Shown here piece by piece: positions 17,284-25,526 of a stretch of 64,000 nt of DNA. Where the stretch lies: positions 1-64,000 of IMG/VR virus record IMGVR_UViG_3300032401_001514. One strand, 5' to 3'. A program made the position numbers and the translations under genes. Below the pieces are notes generated by a model. That model was not told the DNA's origin and did no database searches. It worked only from the letters and a program-made list of their open reading frames with translations. Source of the DNA: a virus. How positions within the stretch are numbered: the first letter of the stretch is position 1; every line of letters starts with the position of its first letter.

Positions 17284-17943
17284 TTAATTGTCCTTTTTTG
17301 TTAGTAAATTGCAGTCGTTTGTAATATAGCGCGCAAGTGGTTGATAAGTTAACATCATATCTAATATCATGTTTTTACTTGGAGGCCATGGTGTTGCCCA
17401 AGCTTTTTTTGTAAAAGCAGAAGATAGTGGCTCTTTTATATCAGTGATTTTTACAACACAATATTTATCAATGTTCAAATATTTTACTATTGTTCGTAGC
17501 GTAGTAACACTTGTTATTAATGGCGATTGATTTTCAATCCATTCATTTTGGATAAACGTGGACAGTCGTAATTTATTATCAATGCCCAAAAACCATATAA
17601 AAATTATATTAAGTCCTGGTAAAATATTATTAAACTGAGGGATGCCAGCTGAACTTTCCGCAAAACATATTAAAGCCCATTTGCTATTTTTTGAAATAAC
17701 ATCAATTGGGGCTTTAAAATGAATATCTTTTATTATTCGTATTCTTTTTTTTGTAGGAGATTCTTTACTAGAAATTACTGTTTTATCATTTTTTATGTGC
17801 AAGTAGTTACCATTGGCATCAGACCATTTATACCAAGAGTCGCCTTCCGGATCCAAATTACACATATCTATTATTTGAATTATTTCTTGGTCTTGTGGCA
17901 AAAAAGCTTTAACATTGACGATAGCAGTTTCGCGATTTATCAT
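17284..17943 (-). CDS. hypothetical protein
   Basis: 219-aa ORF in operon context. Confidence 0.6.
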   Translation of the reverse strand: MINRETAIVNVKAFLPQDQEIIQIIDMCNLDPEGDSWYKWSDANGNYLHIKNDKTVISSKESPTKKRIRIIKDIHFKAPIDVISKNSKWALICFAESSAGIPQFNNILPGLNIIFIWFLGIDNKLRLSTFIQNEWIENQSPLITSVTTLRTIVKYLNIDKYCVVKITDIKEPLSSAFTKKAWATPWPPSKNMILDMMLTYQPLARYITNDCNLLTKKDN

Positions 17944-17980
17944 ATATAATTTTTAATTAAAAACTGCAAACAATCTCGAT

Positions 17981-18700
17981 TTATTTCCTATCTATTAAAC
18001 AAACTGGAATGTTATTATTATATTTATGTCTTGTTAATTTTTCTATTTGAAAGGCCTTGCATATTAAGGCCTTTTGTATAAAAGTATAAGTGTACCATAG
18101 AGGATGTTTTGTAGGATCTATATCTGCTGTAATTATTCCTTTATTTTTATCCAATTGTTCAAGCCATTCAAGTTCGGCATGAGTAAATTCTGATGGTTCT
18201 GGATCATCAATTTCTATTTTTACCAACTCATTATACATTTGGTAAACTTCAGTATGTGTTAAATCATTAATTGGCAATATGTCAACAGGTTCAAATTTAT
18301 CATAATTTCTAATAAGAATCGAATCGTTTTTACACCTAGTGCCAATAATAAGGGCATCATATTCAATAGAAGCGGAATATATATAAGCGTTCTGTTTAGC
18401 GGCTCGCCGAAGCCCAAGAGCCCCGATAAAATTTAAGTCATCATTTGAGTCTCCAAGCATATCGTGTTCTTTATTAGAAAAAATATGATGTGGTATATTA
18501 AATTTATTGCTGAGACGATAGCTCGATTGAACAGATGATATTGTATGAACTTTCAAAAGTGAACGCAAGCACAAAAAAGCAACTAGGCCACAAGCCATGT
18601 TGTTTGGTGATACATCAACTAATAATGATTTTTTATTGCGTTGATAGGCCTGTTCTTTTATCCAATTTATTATAAATTCGGTTGTTTCATTTATATGCAT
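17981..18700 (-). CDS. degenerate NAD+ synthetase (NadE)-like protein
   Basis: FIINWIKE...SLLVDVS, LIIGT, DILPINDLTHTEV, HAELEW and RHK are colinear with NadE, but SGGxDS is replaced by SPNNMA. Confidence 0.6.
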   Translation of the reverse strand: MHINETTEFIINWIKEQAYQRNKKSLLVDVSPNNMACGLVAFLCLRSLLKVHTISSVQSSYRLSNKFNIPHHIFSNKEHDMLGDSNDDLNFIGALGLRRAAKQNAYIYSASIEYDALIIGTRCKNDSILIRNYDKFEPVDILPINDLTHTEVYQMYNELVKIEIDDPEPSEFTHAELEWLEQLDKNKGIITADIDPTKHPLWYTYTFIQKALICKAFQIEKLTRHKYNNNIPVCLIDRK

Positions 18701-19803
18701 AATTTTCTCATACAGGTCTCTATTCCAATACTCGGTCCATGTCCTTTATCTTCTATCTCAAATTTATCATTCAAAAAATATATGTGCCAAGCCTTAATAT
18801 TGTCTTCTCCTACATATAATATTTTTATTCTCTTTCTTCCGTTTTCAAGATAATCAAACTGTACTATACCATTCTCTCCTGAAGTACTGTGACCGTAATA
18901 TCCTGAAGTACTGTGACCGCAATCTCCTGAAATACTGTGACCGAAATTTCCTGAAATGCTGTGACCGTAATATCCTGAAGTACTGCGACCGGAATATCCT
19001 GAAGTACTGTGACCTAAATCTCCTGAAATACTATAACCGCAATCTCCTGAAATACTGTGACCGTACTCTCCTGAAATACTGTGACCGGAATATCCTGAAG
19101 TACTGCGACCGTAATATCCTGAAGTACTGTGACCGCAATCTCCTGAAATACTGTGACCGGACTCTCCTGAAGTACTGTGACCGGAATTTCCTGAAGTACT
19201 GTGACCGTAATCTCCTGAAATGCTGTGACCGTAATATCCTGAAGTACTGCGACCGGAATATCCTGAAGTACTGTGACCTAAATCTCCTGAAATACTGTGA
19301 CCGGAATATCCTGAAGTACTGCGACCGTAATATCCTGAAGTACTGTGACCGTAATCTCTTGAAGTACTGTGACCGGAATATCCTGAAATACTGTGACCGT
19401 ACTCTCCTGAAGTAACCGTAGCAAAAGCACAAGCAGATCCAGGACATAACTTTACAATCATGTCTGTAGCATCTTTCTTAGATCCTACAAATACTACATA
19501 TGCTTTTGGCACTTTTACTTTGCTATCTATTTGTACTACTTCAGATTTAACAACAGCTATAACCATCCATTTTGCTGTATTCTTTTTACTTAAAAGAGAT
19601 CCGTCACCTTCTCCAGATAACAAACCATGCAGTCCGTTACCACATTCAGGCTTAGGGTCCCAGTCAGGAACAGAAACAAGACCAGAAGAAGGCCACTGGA
19701 AATCTCCACGACTCTTCAGATCTTCATCACATGTCCTAAGTAAAAAACATATTTCGGTTGGAGAACATTCTAAAGCAGAAGCAAATTCTTGTATTGCAAT
19801 CAT
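18691..19803 (-). CDS. phage protein with a GLHG-type N-domain and 22 octapeptide SGxxGHS[TI] repeats
   Basis: ECGNGLHG...W.VI.V...KVK N-domain followed by tandem repeats. Confidence 0.75.
   Translation of the reverse strand: MIAIQEFASALECSPTEICFLLRTCDEDLKSRGDFQWPSSGLVSVPDWDPKPECGNGLHGLLSGEGDGSLLSKKNTAKWMVIAVVKSEVVQIDSKVKVPKAYVVFVGSKKDATDMIVKLCPGSACAFATVTSGEYGHSISGYSGHSTSRDYGHSTSGYYGRSTSGYSGHSISGDLGHSTSGYSGRSTSGYYGHSISGDYGHSTSGNSGHSTSGESGHSISGDCGHSTSGYYGRSTSGYSGHSISGEYGHSISGDCGYSISGDLGHSTSGYSGRSTSGYYGHSISGNFGHSISGDCGHSTSGYYGHSTSGENGIVQFDYLENGRKRIKILYVGEDNIKAWHIYFLNDKFEIEDKGHGPSIGIETCMRKLCI
18872..19414. repeat. coding tandem repeat, 24-bp unit, about 22.5 copies
   Basis: tcctgaa[ga]tactg[tc]gacc recurs every 24 nt. 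Confidence 0.95.
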
Positions 19804-19805
19804 TT

Positions 19806-20816
19806 TTATACCACTATTTCAAATAATTTATCAGCAAGATCAATCAATCCTTTACTATTCTCTACTTCTTTTCTGAGACGGATCGGGAATGCTGTAAGAC
19901 CCCATTTGGCGCCGACTAAAGCGCTATACATACTAGCATTTGTATCTGTGTCCCCACCACATTTTATAAGTTCACACATTGTATTTACAACATCACGTTT
20001 TTTACGTGTATTAAAGAAAACTGCCACGGCGGTAATCCAAGAGCGATCTGCACGACTATCAACTCCAATATTAAATGCGATGGAACTGATATCTCGCATA
20101 CGAACGGCTTGTTTTAGTTTATCTGAAAATCTGCTATTTCCAAAAAAATCAAGTTCAACTCGGTTCATATTTTCCAATAATTTTTGTTTAGAACGATTAT
20201 TGTTTATCAAATCAGCAATAAGCACACTTTGTAAAACGCCGGCTGTGATACCAAGTTCATGATGTGTAATTTTACCAACAGAAATGATACTGTTGATACA
20301 GTGTTTTATTTCGCTTTTAGATCTTTTGCCAGCGTTAACTTCCTCTATAATTTGGCTTAAATAGAGGCCGAGCGGAGCTGCACGCATGGCAACTCCATTA
20401 CCAACCCCCAAAGATGTGTCAGCTGCCCTAAACCATGGCACACCTTTTGTTAGCCGCTCTACAGCAGCGATAGTAGAACGACTCCATCCACGAAGCACTT
20501 CTCCGCTTTCAAAAATTTCTTTTAATCGCAAAGCCTGATCGAATGGATCAATACAATTTTTGATAGTAATTGATTTAATCAAAGGAATCATTAATTGAGT
20601 ATCATCGGTCCAGCTACCACGCTTTTGAATGATATCACCTCTTGTACGGAAATGATCAATAAAATCTCCGGTGATTTTTGCAGCGGGATTAGCTTCAATT
20701 TCTGCTTTGCTCATACTTTCAGTAGGAGCGCCTAAGGCATCACCAATAGCCGTACCAATAATTGCGCCACGAAACCTAGATTTGCGCTGAGAATCAACTG
20801 TTATTAATGTTATCAT
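19806..20816 (-). CDS. ADP-ribosylglycohydrolase (DraG/ARH family)
   Basis: IGDALGAP, TDDTQ, GNGVAMRAAP, GGDTDT motifs; start re-placed at 20816. Confidence 0.9.
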   Translation of the reverse strand: MITLITVDSQRKSRFRGAIIGTAIGDALGAPTESMSKAEIEANPAAKITGDFIDHFRTRGDIIQKRGSWTDDTQLMIPLIKSITIKNCIDPFDQALRLKEIFESGEVLRGWSRSTIAAVERLTKGVPWFRAADTSLGVGNGVAMRAAPLGLYLSQIIEEVNAGKRSKSEIKHCINSIISVGKITHHELGITAGVLQSVLIADLINNNRSKQKLLENMNRVELDFFGNSRFSDKLKQAVRMRDISSIAFNIGVDSRADRSWITAVAVFFNTRKKRDVVNTMCELIKCGGDTDTNASMYSALVGAKWGLTAFPIRLRKEVENSKGLIDLADKLFEIVV

Positions 20817-20823
20817 TTTTATT

Positions 20824-22332
20824 TTACTTTGAAAGCGTTGAATGGTATGCGTCTGTTCCGCCACTTGTTGAGATGATCATATTAGTTTTAGCATGATGAA
20901 GATCTATGTCTATACCACAATGGTATTCTTGGGGGTTGTTAAATTGTTTTACATCCTCAGACAACTTAGATAACTGTGTTTGTGCATAATCTCTAATTTC
21001 ATTTAGAGATGGTTGCATACGAACAAGTTTGCCATTTCTGATTGAAGGCTCTAGAATTTTATAATTATTGATTTTTTTCATATTATATTTTTGTTGCCTA
21101 GTTGCATCGTTATGCTGAACTGCCGTAACTTCTTCTTTATTTGAATCTAAAAGAAGCTCATCATAAATCATATCACCACAAAATTTTCCATCTTTTTCAA
21201 AACGTACAGCATTAAGTATACCAGGGTTACTAGTTTTTATTGTTTGATCAGAAAGCTTAATTTTTGGAATCCAAACGCCATTTTTTTGTATGGCTCCCAT
21301 TTTATAAACACCGCCTAGAGCTGGTTGGCTATTAGATGTTATCATTTTGGTACCAACAATCCAAGAAGCAATGGTCGCCCCCTGCAACTTAAGTGATGAA
21401 ATTAACATTTCATCCAAATCGTTACTACCGCCAATTATTACATCATGAAGTCCGGCATCATCCAGCATTTGCCGTCCACGTTTCGATAAGAAATTTAGAT
21501 CGCCAGAATCTAAACGAATGCCAATTGGCTTGTATCCATTATTTTTTAATTTAGCACATGCAGTAATTGCGTTTTTTATTCCACTAATTGTTCCATATGT
21601 ATCTACCAGAAACACACAATTATTTGGCAGAGCTTTTGCATATGTTTCGAAAGCTTCCAGTTCAGAGTCAAAAAACATTACGAACGCATGTTGCATTGTT
21701 CCGCCGGCTTTTATGCCTAACGTCTTTCCTGCCCATGTATTGGACGTTCCTTTGATTCCGCCAATGTAACAGGCTCTTGTAGCAGAAAGAGCCCCATCAA
21801 GCCCCTGAGCCCGTCTAAGCCCTCCATCAAGTACTGGGTTGCCACCTGCCGCCCGCACCATTCTTGACGCCAATGTAGCAAATAGCGTTTGAGAATTTAA
21901 TGTGCATAGAGCGAAAGATTCTATAAGCAATGCGTCTGCTACAGTGCCAATGGTTCTTATCATTGGTTCATGCGGAAAAACTACTGTGCCTTCTGGAACA
22001 GCATCAACATCGCATGTAAAACGAAAGTCACTCAGGTATCTAAAGAAACCATCATCTTGAAAAATTCTTTTGCCATCATTTCCTTCAATACTGGCTAAAT
22101 AATCGATATCCGTGGAATCCATCTTGAAATCAGTAATCCAGTCTTCAAGATATTCTTTGCCAGCACAAATAGCGTAGCCTCCATTAAAAGGAGAGGACCT
22201 ATGAAACATATGGAAGCAACTTTTTGTTTCGTGTAAGTTTGCTTTCCAAAATGCATAAAGCGCGGTGAATTGGTAAAAATCAGCAACCAACGCTAAAGAT
22301 TGGTTACCATATATTTTTTTCAGGATGGCCAT
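20824..22332 (-). CDS. pncB: nicotinate phosphoribosyltransferase
   Basis: ADFYQFT, GLRRAQG, GTSN, GTMQH (phospho-His), LVDTY, GIRLDSGD, SNDLDE, LGGVYK. Confidence 0.92.
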   Translation of the reverse strand: MAILKKIYGNQSLALVADFYQFTALYAFWKANLHETKSCFHMFHRSSPFNGGYAICAGKEYLEDWITDFKMDSTDIDYLASIEGNDGKRIFQDDGFFRYLSDFRFTCDVDAVPEGTVVFPHEPMIRTIGTVADALLIESFALCTLNSQTLFATLASRMVRAAGGNPVLDGGLRRAQGLDGALSATRACYIGGIKGTSNTWAGKTLGIKAGGTMQHAFVMFFDSELEAFETYAKALPNNCVFLVDTYGTISGIKNAITACAKLKNNGYKPIGIRLDSGDLNFLSKRGRQMLDDAGLHDVIIGGSNDLDEMLISSLKLQGATIASWIVGTKMITSNSQPALGGVYKMGAIQKNGVWIPKIKLSDQTIKTSNPGILNAVRFEKDGKFCGDMIYDELLLDSNKEEVTAVQHNDATRQQKYNMKKINNYKILEPSIRNGKLVRMQPSLNEIRDYAQTQLSKLSEDVKQFNNPQEYHCGIDIDLHHAKTNMIISTSGGTDAYHSTLSK

Positions 22333-22338
22333 ACGATC

Positions 22339-22366
22339 ATCATAACCATTACTGAAAAAATGTCAA
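22339..22366 (-). promoter_or_regulatory. sigma70-like promoter of pncB, leaderless geometry
   Basis: TTGACA-N16-TATGAT-N6-ATG with no Shine-Dalgarno. Confidence 0.65.
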
Positions 22367-22383
22367 CTGTCGTTTGTAAGATT

Positions 22384-22458
22384 TGGAGCCCAAAGAGAGC
22401 CTTATACTCCCATCAACCAACGATTTGCTGGCCGCTTTGTAAATTAAGCTATTCGGGC
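22384..22458 (-). ncRNA. tRNA-like cloverleaf RNA with non-canonical loops and encoded CCA
   Basis: GCCCGAA-UA-GCUU-AAUUUACA-AAGC-G-GCCAG-CAAAUCG-UUGGU-UGAU-GGGAG-UAUAAGG-CUCUC-UUUGGGC-U-CCA; all four stems pair; TATAAT 6 nt upstream. Confidence 0.8.
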
Positions 22459-22505
22459 ATAAAGATTATATATCACAATATTTTTTTGTTTGTTCAACAA
22501 AATTT

Positions 22506-22898
22506 CTAGTGTAAGAAATGTCCGAACAAAGATTGTGCTAAGGTGGTGGTAAGACTTAAAATACCGGCAATAATGGCTACTCTAAGTTGCCATTTATTAG
22601 CCTCAGCTGTTTTTTGCATTTTTTTATTTTCATCAATCCATTCTTTTACGGATTCAATATTTTTTTCTGCCGATAATAATCTTCCTATGAGAGAACGATC
22701 ACTGCTTTCATCTCTTAGTATTTTGGATAAAGATTTGACATCATCACGCAAAGCGGATACCTCTGTGGTAACGCCTTTCATAGCAACGGCGCCAGAGTGA
22801 ACATCTGTTTGCAATTCATGAAGTAACTTGGAAGTTGATTCTAGGCCTTTAGCAAATTGTTCTGCTAAAATACGGCTTGCATCATTATTATCAACCAT
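22506..22898 (-). CDS. coiled-coil protein with a C-terminal membrane helix
   Basis: Heptad pattern followed by VAIIAGILSLTTTL. Confidence 0.6.
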   Translation of the reverse strand: MVDNNDASRILAEQFAKGLESTSKLLHELQTDVHSGAVAMKGVTTEVSALRDDVKSLSKILRDESSDRSLIGRLLSAEKNIESVKEWIDENKKMQKTAEANKWQLRVAIIAGILSLTTTLAQSLFGHFLH

Positions 22899-23424
22899 TT
22901 ATATACTCCGATACTTCTATTGTTTCTTCATGAGTTAATTCTTTCAAACTATGTATTACGTCATCTAGTTCTTTGAAAGCGATAAGCTTGTCATCATTGC
23001 GTAAATTTTGAAGTACAAGAATTTGTTTTTCTAGTCGTATAGATCTGTTTTCCGAAGCCGCTGTTCTAGCTAATACTTTTAGCTCTAAATTAAGGTTAAG
23101 ATCCATTAATTCTTTTTCGACTTCTTTTCTTTGTATTGATAATATCGCCGTTAACAGTATAATTACATATGCAAATATTCTATTAAATAATTCATTAATT
23201 TGCATAGAAAAGCCACCATTATAGTAAATTCCAAATGAAATTAATACGGAGGCTATTAATGAAGCCCAAACAGTAAGCATAGTTTCTGTAGACAAAAGAG
23301 ATATTAAAATTAAAATAATATAAAAAGCTGCTATTATTCCATGCGTTGGAAACATTAAATCCAACGAAAAAATAACGGCAGCAACTAGCATGCCATAAAT
23401 TGCCAGTTGACTATTTTTGTGCAT
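22891..23424 (-). CDS. membrane protein resembling a stand-alone sensor N-domain plus signalling helix
   Basis: Four hydrophobic segments followed by LNLNLELKVLART; no kinase or cyclase domain. Confidence 0.55.
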   Translation of the reverse strand: MHKNSQLAIYGMLVAAVIFSLDLMFPTHGIIAAFYIILILISLLSTETMLTVWASLIASVLISFGIYYNGGFSMQINELFNRIFAYVIILLTAILSIQRKEVEKELMDLNLNLELKVLARTAASENRSIRLEKQILVLQNLRNDDKLIAFKELDDVIHSLKELTHEETIEVSEYING

Positions 23425-23457
23425 ACTTGTAAGCCAAAATATGCAAAGTAAATAAAA

Positions 23458-23685
23458 CTAATAATTTTGGCTATAAACTTTTCTTTTATTTCTAGCTTTG
23501 CGTCGTTTATCCTTCATTAAAATACGTAAAGTTGTTTTTATTGGTTCTCCCGCTTCGTCTTTGCCTATTTCAACAAGATCATCAAGCTCAGTTGGGAGAC
23601 CCTGCTGTTTTCTCTGAAGCGCCCATTGCTCTTTTAATTGTGAGAATACTTTTACTTTCTTTTGTATTTTTCTTATCTGGCTCAT
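23458..23685 (-). CDS. hypothetical basic protein
   Basis: 75-aa ORF. Confidence 0.45.
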   Translation of the reverse strand: MSQIRKIQKKVKVFSQLKEQWALQRKQQGLPTELDDLVEIGKDEAGEPIKTTLRILMKDKRRKARNKRKVYSQNY

Positions 23686-24178
23686 ATTTTTTATTCCTTA
23701 GTTCATGAAAATCATGAGTAAATTCATCAATCATGACATTGTTTACTTTTTTTGGCGTTTCAACAAAGTTGTCTATCATTCTTTGTATTGCTTCTATCGG
23801 CACACCGTGAACATTAACTTTGTGGCATTCTTTAGCGGAACACCCAACAATTGAATGAACTGCAACATTGTAGCCAGAATCAGTGGCAAATTTTATATAC
23901 CATTGAAACTCTCTAAGTTTTATATTAGTGTTATCTACTATAACCAAAGCTTCGCCACTAGCTAGCGCTTCTTTGAAGTTTTCGCGGCATTTATCATGTG
24001 CCGCTCCTAGTAATTTTGGATTGAATTTGTAATTTATTGGATTGTGAGGTTTATCGAAATAAAAGAAATGATCAGCGCTGCAAATAACCGCAGGCATACC
24101 ATACTCCGCCTCTAAATATAGAGTTAAAGTTGTTTTCCCCGATCCCGGTACGCCACGCATGATAATTACTTGTTTCAT
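23588..24178 (-). CDS. P-loop polynucleotide kinase-like protein (AAA_33/N4BP2-like)
   Basis: IIMRGVPGSGKTT, ICSADHFF, VIVDNTN, VHGVP; start re-placed at 24178. Confidence 0.85.
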   Translation of the reverse strand: MKQVIIMRGVPGSGKTTLTLYLEAEYGMPAVICSADHFFYFDKPHNPINYKFNPKLLGAAHDKCRENFKEALASGEALVIVDNTNIKLREFQWYIKFATDSGYNVAVHSIVGCSAKECHKVNVHGVPIEAIQRMIDNFVETPKKVNNVMIDEFTHDFHELRNKKYEPDKKNTKESKSILTIKRAMGASEKTAGSPN

Positions 24179-24182
24179 TGTA

Positions 24183-24560
24183 TTACCCGAAAATTTCATT
24201 GTTTTCAATTCTCTCTTTTAAATCTTCTATTATAAAAGAGGCTGCTTTCCAGTCATGTTCGTTAGGAGTGTCTTTATTTACAGAATCAAAAACCCAGTCC
24301 CACATACTGGTATCTAAAAAGAAATCAGAATATGTAGGATGAAACGCTTCTGGGTAAATATTGACCTGATAATCTTTTAATGCCATTAGCTCAGATATAA
24401 ATTTGGAAAATTCCTTATTTTTATAAGCATCTATTATATTAGTAATATAATCGGCTATTTTAGTTCTATCTTCCATTGAAGACTCTCTAAAATCGGACCC
24501 TTCCATTGCGTGATCTGTTAATAGTTCTGCGGCCTGTTTAAATAAACTCTCTATGCTCAT
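24183..24560 (-). CDS. hypothetical protein
   Basis: 125-aa ORF. Confidence 0.55.
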   Translation of the reverse strand: MSIESLFKQAAELLTDHAMEGSDFRESSMEDRTKIADYITNIIDAYKNKEFSKFISELMALKDYQVNIYPEAFHPTYSDFFLDTSMWDWVFDSVNKDTPNEHDWKAASFIIEDLKERIENNEIFG

Positions 24561-24565
24561 GTTTG

Positions 24566-25153
24566 TTATTCCAAAATATGAGGGCTTCTTTTAATATGTG
24601 GAAGATGGTCCACGCCATCGTCCATTAACTTCTTCCAGAGTATATAGGCGTTCTGAGTATCGACAAGTGCGTTATGTTCTCCGAACTTAGCTTTTGCGTT
24701 CACTATTTCCAATGAAGCTCTTAGATTAAGTTTCGGATTGGCTATTCCATGTTTTATAGTATAGCTTCTGGTAAATTCCTTAGTGCATAGCCACAAATGA
24801 GCTGGAAACGTTTTATTAACCGATTGCCACAAGGCGTGAACAAACCTTTTATCGAATGAAGCGTTGTGCGCAATCATACAGCGATGCTCTGGCGTTTGTC
24901 CATCCTCTTCTATAAATTTTTCGCAAAACTCAACTACTGCCAGTCTACTTTCACCTTTAAATAAATCGGCTTTGGTTCTGTTTGTAATTTGAAGAGCTTG
25001 TGCAGAGGCTCGTTCTGGATGTTCGGCTTTTATGTATTTATCTAGCTGGTGTCTATCAGAACATCTAACTAATGAAATCTGCGTAACTTCATGTTGTTTT
25101 GAATCTAGGCCGGTAGTTTCCGTATCTAGTGCGTAGTAGATTATATTTGACAT
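24566..25153 (-). CDS. DEDDh 3'-5' exonuclease
   Basis: LDTETTG, AHNASFD, HNALVD. Confidence 0.9.
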   Translation of the reverse strand: MSNIIYYALDTETTGLDSKQHEVTQISLVRCSDRHQLDKYIKAEHPERASAQALQITNRTKADLFKGESRLAVVEFCEKFIEEDGQTPEHRCMIAHNASFDKRFVHALWQSVNKTFPAHLWLCTKEFTRSYTIKHGIANPKLNLRASLEIVNAKAKFGEHNALVDTQNAYILWKKLMDDGVDHLPHIKRSPHILE

Positions 25154-25188
25154 ACATATTTATGTGCAAATCTTTGCTCTGCTCGACC

Positions 25189-25509
25189 TTAAAAATTCTT
25201 GATTAATTTAATCATATTAGTGCCATATTTGTATACCTTAGCACTAATTTTTTTCATTCCATTAACTTTTGTTAATGGCGGATTAAGCATCGCAGATTTA
25301 TCGATTAATTCAACAGCTTCTTCTGGACTTTCAGCCAATACTTTATATTTCAAAGTGCTTTTAGTCCAGGCCTCTACTTCTATAGTATAAAATTGTTTTT
25401 CTGCTTTTTTTATAACTTTAGGTTTTTTGTCTTCCGCAGACTTTTGTCTTTCTGGAAAATTATAAGCATAACGTTTTTTAGCGTCATTTTTATCATCATC
25501 TTTTGCCAT
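25189..25509 (-). CDS. hypothetical protein
   Basis: 106-aa ORF. Confidence 0.55.
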   Translation of the reverse strand: MAKDDDKNDAKKRYAYNFPERQKSAEDKKPKVIKKAEKQFYTIEVEAWTKSTLKYKVLAESPEEAVELIDKSAMLNPPLTKVNGMKKISAKVYKYGTNMIKLIKNF

Positions 25510-25526
25510 ATTTATGTATATAACAT

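Noticed and set aside
18872-19414. 24-bp repeat array as a CRISPR array or DGR variable region
   Set aside because: The units are contiguous without unique spacers and are in-frame coding; no cas or reverse transcriptase gene is visible in the window.
19031-19876. RSQYF-repeat ORF and the plus-strand ORF at 19460
   Set aside because: Alternate-frame or antisense shadows of the octapeptide gene.
22300-22509. 69-aa plus-strand ORF
   Set aside because: Antisense to the pncB promoter and the tRNA-like RNA; no protein features.
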